From: Mobula birostris
Taxonomy: Eukaryota
Assembly: GCF_030028105.1 (NCBI RefSeq)
Contig: NC_092383.1
Span: 86,385,921-86,449,920 of the forward strand
Direction: 5' to 3'
Length of the DNA: 64,000 nucleotides
The stretch's first letter is position 1, and every line of letters begins with the position of its first letter. A program made the translations under genes and the position numbers. Below are positions 24,632 to 37,335 of this stretch, piece by piece. Below the pieces are notes generated by a model. That model worked only from the letters and a program-made list of their open reading frames with translations. It did not search any database and was not told where the DNA came from.

Positions 24632-24960
24632 AGGCTGGCATGGTAGTGTAGCGGTTAGCACAACACTTTACCATACCAGTGACCCGGGTTGAATTCCTGC
24701 TGCTGTCTGTAAGGAGTTTGTACATTCTCCCTATGACCGCGTGGGTTTCCTCCAGGTGCTCTGGTTTCCTCCCACAGTCCAAAGACCAAGAACTTGATAG
24801 GTTTTTTTTAATAATTGTTTTTATTGGTAGGTTAGTTAGTCATTGAAAATTGTCCGAGGTTTAGGCTGGAGTTAAATCTCGGAGTTACTGGGTGCACAGT
24901 TTAAAGGGCTGGAAGATCCTATTCCACATTGTGTTTCATAAAGGAACAAACAAACAAGCA
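24632..24960 (+). mobile_element. V-SINE (tRNA-derived head plus V core) with (TAAA)/(TGAA) tail to about 25012
   Basis: ggcatggtagtgtagcggttagc...gacccgggttgaattcc head; gggtttcctccaggtgctctggtttcctcccacagtccaaagac core. Confidence 0.85.
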
Positions 24961-26044
24961 AACAAATCAATAAATGGATGGATAAATAAATAAATGAATG
25001 AATGAATGAATGTTATTGGGATTGAAGTGTATTAACTGTGGGTTGAAGTTCAACAAACTAGAATTGTTTTTGCTGGTGTACAGGAGGCTGAGGAGAGACC
25101 TGTGAGAAGTTCATAAAATGACTGAAGTCATATGTAAGGAAAATAGTCATAATTTTTTTCCCAAGGTTAAAATATCAAATAATAGTGAGCATAGTTTTAA
25201 GGTGAGCTGGGGGAAAGTTTAAAGGACGTTTGTAAAACAAGTTTTTTTTTACACTGAGTGGTGGCTGCATGAAACACAAAGTCAGACTGGCTGGAAGAAA
25301 AGTATATCATAACAATATTTAAGAGGCTTTTAGATGAGGACATGAAAAAGGAGAGACTGGAGGAATATGGACCATATACAATATGATGAAATGAGCTTAG
25401 AATGACATCATGATCAGTGCAGCCATGGTGGGCCAAAGAGTCTATTCTTGGTCTGGAATGTGTCCCAAGTTCCCTCTAGTTCCATTGCTCCATTTCCCAC
25501 AGCAACGGGCCAGATGGAGAGTCTGGCTGCCAGGAAGTGGATGGTCATTGGGTGCTGAGAGGTGGAACACTGGAGCACATTGAGGGGGACAGAGAGAAAG
25601 AGCACGTGGTAGGGGAGGGAGTGAGTGATACTTGAAGCACGGATGGGAAGTGGGATAGCCTGGCCTAGGAGGAATGAACACAGGCTGTTTTGATCTGGAT
25701 TTGATTGCTTTTTTATGATTTTTGAGGTATTTAGATCATGAGTTACACTTGCTTCTCATTGACCTATTATCAGATTATTAGATTTAGTCTGAAAGTAAAC
25801 TTCAAGAGTGTAACATTTCATACAGTTCAGAGGCAGGAAAATGTGCTGAGCCTCCCACTGGAAATCAGTTTCCAGTCAGAGAGTGAGAGCTATATGAGCG
25901 AGGTTTCCTGACCCTCACCCGCTCCCTGTGGGATTCTGTACCTCTACAGATCCTCAGGATATCAGTGCTGCCCTAACCATTCCCAGAGAAAACATGAATT
26001 GGACAGTTTGGTGGAGACGCCAAGTCAATCAATGAGAAACCTAC

Positions 26045-26365
26045 CGTCAAATACGTGCAGATACACATCAAACACTGGAGTATTGCCAGATGTTGTAATT
26101 CCACATCTGAAAATCCCTGTATTTTGAGAGGCAAGATTCTCCATAGTAACAGTAAATGTTCCCTGGGATGTGTTATCTCTGATTGTCCTTCTTCCATGCT
26201 GCTCATTTTTCCCATTTGTATTCACTAACAATGTGCATTGGCGACCCCACAGGCGGCACAAATACTTTGTGTGTGAACGGTACATTGCTGCATAGTGACA
26301 ATCGATTGTGATCGCTCTTCCCACAACTCCTCTTATTTTATTTTCTGCCCATAAAGCACCTGAAA
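26045..26365 (-). CDS. Intact CD300/pIgR-type V exon V3
   Basis: 321 nt, phase 1-1; ctccctcag acceptor, GTAGGT donor; VSGALWAENKIRGVVGRAITIDCHY..KYLCRLWGRQC..NTGIFRC; four Cys. Confidence 0.9.
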
Positions 26366-26367
26366 CT

Positions 26368-27890
26368 GAGGGAGAAATTCTTCTAAAAATAGACAGGTAA
26401 AATCAAATTTACACAAGCAGATTAAAGATTATTTTGTGTCATTTCCAGCACCCTAGTGTAAAGGAGAGCAAAAAAAAATTGTTACTCCGGATCCAATGCA
26501 GCACCAAAAAAAAGAAATGATAAAGAATGCGATAGTAATGAATAAGGATGCTTTATTGAAAGCTGTTACTGTGTTCCAAGGAAACAGCCCACACTGTCTA
26601 TGGGTATAATTGAATTCCAGGGAAACTGAGAAATCAACACCGTCGTTCCTCATCACATACTCAGAGCTCTTCACACGTTATTTGATTGAAGTCATCATTG
26701 TCACTGCCCACTAATGTCTCAGTGTGTTTCCACATTTCTGAGTCAGTCCCAATCCAGGCAGGTGAGGAAAAGATCAGTGGGGGGTAACTTACTGGAGGCA
26801 ATTGTGTGAGACAGGATCTACCTGAATTTGTAAAGATAGCATCTGATTTGGGATAGCCGACATGATTTTGTGCATGAAAGAACCTCTCTGAAATGAAACT
26901 GACTGAGTTTTTTTGAAAGGCTGACTAAAGGGACTGTTGAAGGTAAGGAGTTTAGCAAGGCTTTTGACAGGGTCTCACATTGTAGACTGATCTGTAATGT
27001 GAGATCACATGGGATGCTAGCTGGATCGATACTGAATAGGCTTGGTGGAAAGAGTCAGATTGTTAGTGGAGTGTTTTTTTTTGACGATATTAGACTTCTT
27101 CACCAATTGAGTGCTGCTAGGGAGAAAATCTTCAGAAAATGGACAGGTAAAATCAAATTTACACAAGCAGGCTCAAGTTTCAAGATTATTTAATGTCATT
27201 TCCTGTACGAACGTGTAAACTGGAATTAAATCGTTGGATCTAAATGGATCTAAATGCAGCAGAAAAAAACACAAAAGATAATGAATACAATTAAAATAGC
27301 TAAAGATGTTTTATTTACAACTGACACTGTGTTACAAGGAATCTGCCACAGTGTCAATTGATATAAATAAATTCCTCACAGACAGAGAAGACAATAACAT
27401 CGTCCCTCCTCACGTGCTCCCAGCTCTTCACAAGTAGCAATTTTTATTTGATTGGAGTCATCATTGTCACTGCCCACTAATGTCTCAGTGTGTTTCCATA
27501 TTTCTGAGTCAATAGATTACTGATCCAGTCCCACTCCTGGCAGGTGAGCCCAAGATCAGTGGGGGGTAACTTACTGGAGGCAGGATCGACCTGAATTTGC
27601 AAAGGCAAGATCTGATTTGGGATAGTCAACATGATCCTGTGCATTGGAAATCCTCCCCCAAAACTATTTGACTGAGTTTTTTTTGAGAGACGATGAAAGG
27701 ACAGGACCTTAGAGATTAGCAATTTTTGTTTAGCAAGGTTTATGACCATACCTTGCATAGCAGACTGATCTGTAATGTGAGATCACATGGTAAGCTACCT
27801 GGATGGATATTGAATAGGCTTGGTGGAAGGATACAGACTGTGGTAGTAGAGTGTTGGTTTTCTGACAACATCAGACTTTATCACCAGCAA
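26368..27890. repeat. Tandem duplication of about 750-770 bp of the intron upstream of V3
   Basis: ggagaaa..caggtaaaatcaaatttacacaagcag at about 26370 and 27120; gtcatcattgtcactgcccactaatgtctcag at about 26690 and 27457. Confidence 0.85.
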
Positions 27891-29429
27891 TGTGCCATCA
27901 GGATCGTTGCTGTTATTTGTTAACCACTCTTATTGTCATCAATATTAATAATCTGGAATGAAACTGTAGGTGGCATGATTAATAAGTTATGGGTGAGACA
28001 GCAGTGTGGTGGACAGTGGCAAGAGTTGTGTAAGTTTACACGAGGATCTTGAAAATGAGCCGGTGTTCAGTCCCATTATTCTGTGCCAGCAAGCTGCCCC
28101 CTCCCCACCTGAGCCTGTATTGTCTGCTTGCATTTGACCTGTCTCCCTCTCTTCTCGGTCCTACTATCAGGTGGAAGGTGCAGGAGCCTTGGGCCCCACA
28201 CCACAGGGTTCGTCAACAGTTGTTGTCCTGCAGCTATCAGGCTCCTGGATTGGTTTCACTCGCCTCAGCACTGAACTGACTCCGCAGCTGTGGACTCACT
28301 TTCAGAGACTCTGCCTCTCATGTTCTATGTATTATTTGTTTACATAGTTTTATTATTTGCACGATTCATCATCGCTTGCACATTGATTTTTTGTCAGTCT
28401 TTGTTGTGTGTGGTTTTACATGGATTCTATTGTGTTACTTTGTTTTGTGGGCAAAGGTATGGTGGATAATCACAGTCTTTATCCCAGGGTGGGGGAGTTG
28501 AAAACTAGAGACCCTCGGCTTAAGGAGTGAGGGAAAATTCTTAGAGAGCCCGGAGCAGCCGTGTTTTACACACACAGCCGTGTGTGCATGGAAAAGGCTG
28601 TCAGAGGAAGTACTAGAGATGGTTACAAATACACTATTTAAAATACATTTGGACAAGTTCATATATAGGCAAGTTTTAGAAGGATACGAGACAAATGCAG
28701 TGAAATGGGAGAAGCTCAGGAAGACACTGTGGTCAGCACAGATGATTTGGGGTGAAACTCCTGCGTCCATAACCTATAACTCCCTGACTCTGCAGCATCC
28801 TCTCTAAACTGGAACATGCTTTTAAAAGGATAAATTCAGAATTCTATTTCATTGCATAGATGTGACAGCTCATGGGATCACAGCCTATCAGATTGCACTT
28901 CAATCTCAACAATCAAAGTTCAAAGTATACTTATTATCAAAGAATCTATACTATATACAACCTTGAGATTCACCTCCTTCCAGGCAATCACAAAAAAATA
29001 GAACATCCCAATATACAGAAAAAAGAGCAAATCAAAGTAAGCAAATAACATTTGGAGCTGAAATTCACAAAACTGAGGCCACAGCCAAGAAGCCAGTCAT
29101 CACTGTAGTCAATTCATGAGGCCATTAATTGCCAACCACAGCCTCAGTTCAGCGTAAAGACACGTAAACCTTCTGTGCAGCAAGCTGAACACCAGCCCAT
29201 CCCTCGCCTTGGACTGACATTCCTTTAGTGATTAAAAGGGAATTGAAGGTTTATTATCCTTGTTGTAATCATGAAATGCAGCAGCCTTGTTCATAGAAGG
29301 AATGGATTTCCTTCTCATGTCTCAAAGCGAGTGAGGTTTTTTATTTAACAAACAAAAACCCAATTTCAGCGGTTAGTAATTTACCTGGGATGCTCAGATA
29401 TTCAAAAGCTAGAGACGACCAAAGACAAT

Positions 29430-30410
29430 GAGACCATTAGACATAGGAGGAGAATTAGGCCATTTGGCCTATACAGTCTGCTCCACTATTCCATCAAGGC
29501 TGACTTATTATCCCACTCAATTCCATCCTTGGCATTTCTCCCCATAATCTTTTGATGCCTTTCCTAAACAAGAAACTATTAAGTACGCTTTAAATATACT
29601 CAATGTCTTGGCCTCAAAAGCCATGTATGGTATTGAATTCCATAGATTCAACACCCTCTGGCTACAGAAATTCCTCCTCATCTCTGTTCTAATGTACGGA
29701 GTCTGCACATCCTCCATGTGGAATGTATGGGGTCTCCCCGAGTGGTCCTGTTTCCTCCCACAGTCCAAAGACATACTCATTAGGATAACTGCTCTTTGCA
29801 GATTGCCCTGTGATTATGTTACAGTTAATTGGGTTTGTCGAGAGTTCGATCGGTGTTGTGACCCAAAGGGCTGGAAGGGCCTATTCTGTACTCTATCGGT
29901 AAATAAATAAAATAAAGGGATGCCCTTGCATTCTGAGGCTGATTTTTCAGGATGATTTCCCCATAAGGAAACCACTTTTGATCATATACCTCCAAGTACC
30001 CCAAAATCCTGTTCTTAATAATAGACTCCCACATCTTCACAACCACTAAAGTCAGGCTAACTGGTTGACAATTTCCTTCCTTTCGCCTCCCTCCTTTCTT
30101 AAAGAGTGTGGTGATACTTCCAATTTTCCAATCCTTTGAACATTCCAGTCTAATTATTCTTGAAAGATCACCACTAATGCCTTCATGATTTCTTTAAATA
30201 ACTCTTTCAGAAACTTGGGATGTAGTACATCTGGTCCAAATGACTCATCTACTTTCAGATCCCTCAGCTTCTCAAGCACGTTTTGCTTAGTAATAGCAAC
30301 AACACTCATCTCTGCCCCTGCCATTGCCAAATTTCTGTCATTCCCACTAATATTTGCAATATTATAAGTCCTTCCTTTTGCTTTTATGAGAATCAGAAGT
30401 CGATACCAGT
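29430..30410 (-). mobile_element. Decayed CR1 pieces with a V-SINE fragment (+) at about 29700-29910
   Basis: MRRNFCSQRVLNLWNS; FGPDVLHPKFLKE; V core gtggtcctgtttcctcccacagtccaaagac. Confidence 0.7.
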
Positions 30411-30686
30411 CTGGACTTTTCAATGTAAAGCCAGAAGTATTAATGGAATGCTCTCAATTTGTCGAGATGCGCAAGTCCAACTATGTTTGAGATGCTCCAT
30501 ATCTTCCAGGAGCAAGTGACAGACTTAACTGTTCACTGCACTTTAGTTCTACCCCATGGATGCTGCAATGTGCAGCTTCTACAAATGCAAAGAAATTCCT
30601 TACCCTCAGTAGAGGTATAAGAGCAGCAGTAACAGAGTAACAAAAAGAAATATTTAAATGTATCCTCCCTTGAAATTAGAACTTAC

Positions 30687-30885
30687 CGCTGCCATTGATT
30701 TCTGTCACGTAACTGCAGATATCTCTGTTGTTGAAGACTGTCGCAGTAACCATTGCACTGGATCTCGCTCCAAGCCGATTTGAGGCACTGCAGTAATATT
30801 GCTGGTGTGTGTGCTTGAAGGATTGACAATGCAGAGTCAGTTCATTGGTATCTGAGATCTTCGGATACCCAGATGAGGTTTGTAA
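30687..30885 (-). pseudogene. C2-type Ig exon, 3' half only
   Basis: SSGYPKISDTNELTLHCQSFKHTHQQYYCSASNRLGARSSAMVTATVFNNRDICSYVTEINGS|GTAAGT; 5' half missing next to a Tc1 remnant. Confidence 0.85.
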
Positions 30886-30904
30886 ATATCTAAGGCACTA
30901 CTAT

Positions 30905-31208
30905 CCTCCTGGGATTTTCACACACAACTGTCTCTAGAGTTTAGTGAGAATGGTACGAACAACATGAAAAAACATCCAGAGAGCAGCAACTCTGTGAACA
31001 AAAGTGCTTTATTAATGAAAGAGGTCAGAGGAGAATGGCCAGACATGTTCATGCTGACAGAAAGGTGACGGGAATTCAAATAACCGTGGGTTATGACAGC
31101 GGTGTGCTGAAGAGCATCTGAAGGTACAACACGTCAAACCTCGAAGTGGATGAGCCACAGAAGCAAGAGACCATGAACATCCACTCAGTGGCCACTCTGT
31201 TATGTTTA
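30905..31208 (+). mobile_element. Tc1-like DNA transposon remnant (right part)
   Basis: gtctctagagttt..gagaatgg..gaggtcagaggagaatggccagac..cactcagtggccact terminal-repeat-like end. Confidence 0.7.
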
Positions 31209-31423
31209 GGAGGTTTAAAGGCAGCAACTTGTGAGATATCTGTCACATGTTTGGAGGCTTTCAGGAGAGAATGAAATTGTAACTGGGTTCAGTGACCTGC
31301 CGTATAGAGGGAAACATTTGGTACTGATATTACTGCAGAGATAGTGAGGGATGGACAGTGTCTGGCAAAGATCATGAGACTTTTATTTTATGGAATGCAC
31401 AAATCAATCACTGAGAAACCTAC

Positions 31424-31744
31424 CATCATTTACTGTTAGTTCTAAATTAAATCTTGTATCGAGACCTGGTGTTGTAATTCCACAGCCGTACCATCCTGTA
31501 TCTCCAGAGTGAAGATCCTCCATAGTAACAGTAAATATTCTCCGTTCCGGGTTATCTGTGATTGACACTCGTCCACTCCGTCTGTGCTGCCCATTTGTTT
31601 CCACTAAAACTGAACAATGGACGGTCCATCCATGGCACCAATACTTTGTGTCTGAGCGGTACTTTTCTTCATAGTGACAATCGATTGTGATCGCTCTTCC
31701 CACAACTCCTCTTACAGATTTCTCTGCCCGCAATGCACCTGAAA
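31424..31744 (-). CDS. Intact CD300/pIgR/TREM-type V exon V4
   Basis: 321 nt, phase 1-1; canonical splice sites; CHYEEKYRSDTKYWCHGWTVHC...DLHSGDTGWYGC, the four-Cys signature. Confidence 0.93.
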
Positions 31745-32174
31745 CTGAGGGAGGCATTGTCAGATGTGAGGGAAAGGAACAATTTAATACAACAATTATT
31801 TTTCAACATGACGGTAAAAACAGGTGCAGGTCATGTACGGCATGTGGTCCATGACAACACAGCCAATGATTTTGGTGTGAAGTGCAGTCAGTGCTGTTAC
31901 TGTGTCAGCCGTGTCAGTGATCTCTCTTCCCTGTGTCGGTACATTGTGGGTTCACTTCCCACTCCAGAATCCTGAGCAGAAACCCAGGGCTGATCTTCCA
32001 GTGCACTGCTGGGGGAGAGCCGTAGTGTAGCCAGAGGGTGTTGACTCTATGGAATTCAATACCATACACAGCTTTTGAGGCCATGAAAGTGTTCAACTTT
32101 CAGTTGCTTCAGAATATGTCAGCCTTTGAAATGTCCACAGAGCTTCCAGCTATTTCATAAGATGCTCCCAATTT

Positions 32175-32194
32175 TGTGTGTGTGTGTGTGTGTG
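32175..32194. repeat. (TG)10 microsatellite
   Basis: Direct read. Confidence 0.95.
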
Positions 32195-33090
32195 CGCCTG
32201 TGTGTGTTCAGACAAGGTTCTGAAGCAATTTGTAAATATTGTACCTATCAAGTATTTCTATGTGTAGTTAGAAGGTGGCGCAACAGTGGTCATTAGTGCT
32301 TCTGTGTCTAGAAACTCAGGTGAGATTTCAATAACTGTTGAGATACTTTGAGTATGAAAATCCAATTTATTATTTCTGGTATTTAAAAAACAAGTATCAA
32401 TAATAATAATGATGAACTGTCAGATTGTAAAGATCCCATCTAGATTGGAAAGACTTTTAGGGAGAGAAATTTCTTATCCCTACCACCCTGGTTTACCTTT
32501 GACTCCAGATCTAGTAACGTTCTATGTTAACTGCACCACTGAAGTGGCCCAGGAAGGACTCTGATTTCAAGACAATAACGTCAAATGTCGCAGTGATCCC
32601 TGCAGAGAGAGAACAGATCCCAGCAATGGTAGATCTGATGTTCTCGCTTAACAGGTTGCAGTAGATTTCTCCAGCTGGACATATTCTCCCCAAACCTGGC
32701 TCTACACAATTCTTCTTTTCTCCTTATCTGCTTCCACCTCTCACCCACCTCCAAACACCATCCCTTTTCCACCCCATTCCATTTGCCTGTTGTGCTTCAC
32801 TATTCCTCAGCCCCGACTAACTTGAGGACCCAGTTTCACACTTCCCCCTCTCCTATTTAACCCTCTCCCGCTCTACTCACACATGAGGCAGGGTCTCGAC
32901 CCGAACCATTGACATTTCCTCTGCCCCTGACAGAAGCTGCTTGACCCATTGAGTTTCTCCATGAGTGAACTCTGAGCTCCAGTTTCCGACAGCTTTAGTG
33001 TCTACGGGTATCAAGCATTCTTGTGAAAACGTTGTACGACCCCCAATCCAACACTGATTATGCAGTTGTCCAGTGCTGTCTGTAACTCAC

Positions 33091-33130
33091 CAGGTAGGAA
33101 ACCAGTCAGAAGGATCAACGTCCACAGCAT
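33091..33130 (-). CDS. Signal-peptide exon (MLWTLILLTGFLP) for V4
   Basis: ATG plus 13 codons plus 1 nt, G|GTGAGT donor; joins V4 to give MLWTLILLTGFLPVSGA. Confidence 0.88.
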
Positions 33131-33189
33131 TTTATTCACGGAGACACAAGCAGGACCTGTCTGTCCTCAGAGAGAAATGACTGAAATAA

Positions 33190-33235
33190 AATAAGGAAGA
33201 AGTCAGTCGGAAGTTTGATCAAAAAAACTACAGTA
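33190..33235 (-). promoter_or_regulatory. Putative proximal promoter with twin ETS (GGAA) cores
   Basis: aaGGAAga and cGGAAGT about 65-85 nt upstream of the ATG; positionally conserved in front of all three leader exons. Confidence 0.5.
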
Positions 33236-36200
33236 ACACAATTGGTGTGTGGTACATGACAATCTGAAAAGCTTTTAGTTATATTTAGCAGAACAGGAAC
33301 ACTTAAACTATTCTCAAAGACTGAATGAAATGCTGAGAAGTGTTAAAATATTAGAGACAAGCAACAGGAAACGTTTTAATCTGAAGTCAAAATAAACGAC
33401 TGTAGGTGTCCTGAAGCAGGGAATTAAGCTGAAATGTTGACCACCTGACTCCTGAAGTTCAATTTATTTTTTGCATGATTTATAGTGTTAGCTGTGGTGC
33501 GTCATTGGGAACAGTGTTCATGGTGAAAAGTTAACGATGGAAAGAGAAAGAGCCCATGTAGAGTGTTGTGAGTGTGAGGAGAAAGTTTGATGGCTCTAGG
33601 CGTGTACTCACTGGAGATTAGAAGAATGAGGGGGAGAGGGGGAATCATATTCAAACCTATTGAATATTGAAAGAACAAGACAGAGTGGATGTGGAGAGGA
33701 TGTTCCCTGTGAGTTCTAGGATCAGAGGGCAGTGCCTCTGAGTACAAGCACATTCCTTTAGAACAGAGATGAGGGAAAATTGTTTTAGCTGGATGGTGGT
33801 GAATCTGTTATATTCACTGTCACAGATGACCGTGGAGGCCAATTCACTGGGTATATTTAAAGTGGAGATTGATAAATTCTTGAATAGTAAGGGCATGAAA
33901 GATTATGGGGAGAAGGCAGCAGAATAGGGTTGAGAGAGAAAATAAATCAGGCACAATGGAATGGTGGAATAGACTCAAAGGGAAGAATGGCCTAATTCTT
34001 CTCTCTGCCTTTTGGTCCTATGGTCTTCTGATACAGGCAGCAATCTGCTGAACCTCTTCTGCAATCCCTCCAATGTTTCCACATCTTTCTTGCTATGCTG
34101 CAAACACAACTACACACTGACCTGAAGTGTGTCCTAATCATATTTTTATACATTTGCAACCTGAATTTTCATATGCACATTGCTGGCTCATTGCCATTAG
34201 CGGAAACACATCTCCCTCTGTTCCAAATTTCAGGGAGTTATGGACTTACACTCCAAGCTTTGTCCGTCATTCCGGATCTTGCCTTGGTACCCCCAGCACT
34301 CAGGCAAACCCTTTTCTCATTGTTACCATCAGTAGGGAGATACAGAAGCCTGAAGGCACACACTCAGCAATTCAGGAACAGCCTTTTCCCCTCTGTCATC
34401 CAATTCCTAAATAGGTATTTTATGCATAAAGACTACCTCACTTTTTTAATGTATATTATTTCTGTTTGTGCATGATTTTAATCCATTCAGTATATGTATA
34501 CTGTAATTTATTTTTTTCTCTTCTTCTATATTATATATTACATTGAACTGCTGCTGCTAAGTTAACAAATTTCATGACACATGCCAGTGATAATAAAAGT
34601 GATTCTGATTCGGGTTCTGATTTTGATTCTGATAACTCAATGTTTTGGGGAGCTTGCTGCTGAGGAGGGAGCAAAGTAGGAAATAGGTGTGATGTAGAAG
34701 AGGCTTTTCACGCAAACTCAGCATACAGTACTTCACTTCATTCCCTCTCCTCTCTGAAAACCGTGTCTGCTCTTTGAAGGAAACTTTAAAGCACACCTTT
34801 TCTGAATTCTATTCCATCTGTCAGTGCAATTTCAAGAACTCTGATGGATTTTCACTTTACTCTGGTTAGATGTGAGAGGAAACCAAGTGAATGGAATTAC
34901 ACAGTCACAATGGAGTAAAATCCATATCAGATCTGTTCTTAAACCAAATCAACTCAATTTTGACAGGAAATGATCTGTGTTAAGTAGACAACCCCTGTAG
35001 TTTCTATTTCTCATAGAATCACAGGGCACAGTTAATGGGCTGGACACACTTGTCCAAGGAGAAGACATTTCTGTCTTACCTGGCTCAACTCCATGGTCTC
35101 CCTTTCCCCTAACCCTGCATATCTTTGCTGAGATTCTCAGTCTCTAGCATCACAGTATCTCTGTTCACCAGGTTAGATCTTCCTATGTTAGTCGAAGTGT
35201 GATCTATCCACATTCATGCTGTGCAATTATCTGGGACAGATGAAGTCTGAGGAGAGCTTCAGTGCAAGGAATAACAATTCTCACATGTCACACATATTGT
35301 AGAAGTAATACAGAATCATAATCAAAATCAGTCTTAATATCACTGACATAATGTATGTTGTGAAATTAAATGTAGCAGTCCTAAATGGGAATGTTCGATG
35401 ATTACCATTGGAGCTCTACACAGAGTCACGAATTCTCGGTGCCATCTTGAATTTTATCTGAACAATGTTAATTGTTCAACCTTGATTTCATTGTAAACAC
35501 TGGAAAATCTGCAGATGCTGGAAATCCAAACCAACACACAGAAAATGCTGGAGGGAACTCAGCAAGTCAGGCAGCATCTGTGGAAATGAATAGATAGTCG
35601 ACATTTCAGGCTCAGGCTCTTAGTCAGGTCTGAGGAGAAAGTGAGAAGTTGCCTGAATCAAAAGATGGGTGAGGGGCGGAAGGCTATCTGGAAGGTGATC
35701 AGTGATGCCAGCTGGATAGGAACAGGTGTAAAGGCAGTAAAAGAAGGAATCTGACGTGAGAGGAAAGTGGACCATAGGAGAAAAAGGAGGAGGGGCCTAG
35801 GGAGAAGAACCAGGCTGGTGAGAACTGGTAAAAGAAGGGCCTCCGACTGAAACCTTGACTGTCTATTCACCTCCATAGATTCTGACTGACCTGCTGAGTC
35901 CCTCCAGTATTTTGTGTGTGTTGCTTTTGACCTCATTGTAGTATGAGGGTTGAGGTGATTCAAGAATGTAGCTCATTTATATTTTCCTGAATTTTTGTTG
36001 CTGACTTTGCAATTGTTTATAAACACTTAATTTCACATTGTATATCAAGAGATAAATCATAAAATAATTCAGTATAGATGGAGAGCTGTTGTAATTTTGG
36101 GTTTGTTACATTTGCTTTAGGGGAAAACAGTGCAGTATATTAGCCATGAATGTATATCTGCTTAAATTCTGTACATTGTATAGTATGAGTGCTGGCTCTA

Positions 36201-36394
36201 TTGCATCAGTCACTGCTGTCATCAGTCTAATGTTCACCCTCAGCGAATGATGTGGTTAGAACTTCTGTCTTCTTTACTTGTCTTACCAAACAGAATATAG
36301 AGAAGTAACAGCAGATGCTACACATTGACAGATTGTTCTGGCCTCTTCCTGCATTGCACCATCACTTCTTGGAAAACTTCTCAAAGGTCATTTT

Positions 36395-37335
36395 CATAAA
36401 TAACCTGGATGAGGAAGTGGAGGGATGGGTTAGTAAATTTGATGACACAAAGTTTGGGCGTGTTGTGGATAGTGTGGAGGGCTGTCAGAGGTTACAGCGG
36501 GACATTGATAGGATGCAAAACTGGGCTGAGAAGTGCAGATGGAGTTCAACCCAGATAAGTGTGAGGTGGTTCATTTTGGTAGGTCAAATATGATGGCAGT
36601 ATACAGTATTAATGGTTAGACTCTTGGCAGTGTGGAGGATCAGAGGGATCTTGGGGTCCAAGTCCATATGACACTCAAAGCTGCTGCGCAGGTTGACTCT
36701 GTGGTTAAGAAAGCATGCGGTGCATTGGCCTTCATCAATCGTGGGATTGAGTTAGGAGCCAAGAGGTAATGTTGCAGCTATATAGGACCCTGGTCAGACC
36801 CCACTTGGAGTACTCTGCTCAGTTCTGGTCGCCTCACTACAGGAAGGATGTGGAAACCATAGAAAGGGTGTAGAGGAGATTTACAAGGATGTTGCCTGGA
36901 TTGGGGAGCATGCCTTATGAGAATAGGTTGAGTGAACTCGGCCTTTTCTCCTTGGAGCAACGGAGGATGAGATGTATAGATAGAGGTGTATAAGATGGTG
37001 AGAGACATTAATTGTGTGGATAGTCAGAGGTCTTTTCCTAGGGCTGAAGTGGCTAGCATGAGAGGGCACAGTTTTAAGGTACTTGGAAGTAGGTACAGAG
37101 GAGATGTCAGGTGTACGTTTTTAATGCAGAGAGTGGTGAGTGCATGGAATGGGCTGTCAGCAATGGTGGTGGAGGTGGATAGATAGGGTCTTTTAAGAGA
37201 CTCCTGGATAAGTACATGGAGCTTAGAAAATCAGAGGGCCATGGGTAACCCTTGGTAATTTCTAAGGTATGAACATGTTAGGCACATCTTTGTGGGCCAA
37301 AGGGCCTGTATTGTGCTGTAGGTTTTCTATGTTTT
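36395..37335 (+). mobile_element. CR1 3' fragment inserted into a paralog of the 49.1-49.2 kb segment
   Basis: RT-end motifs and ttttctatgttt tail; flanks rejoin into sequence homologous to 49.1-49.3 kb. Confidence 0.88.
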
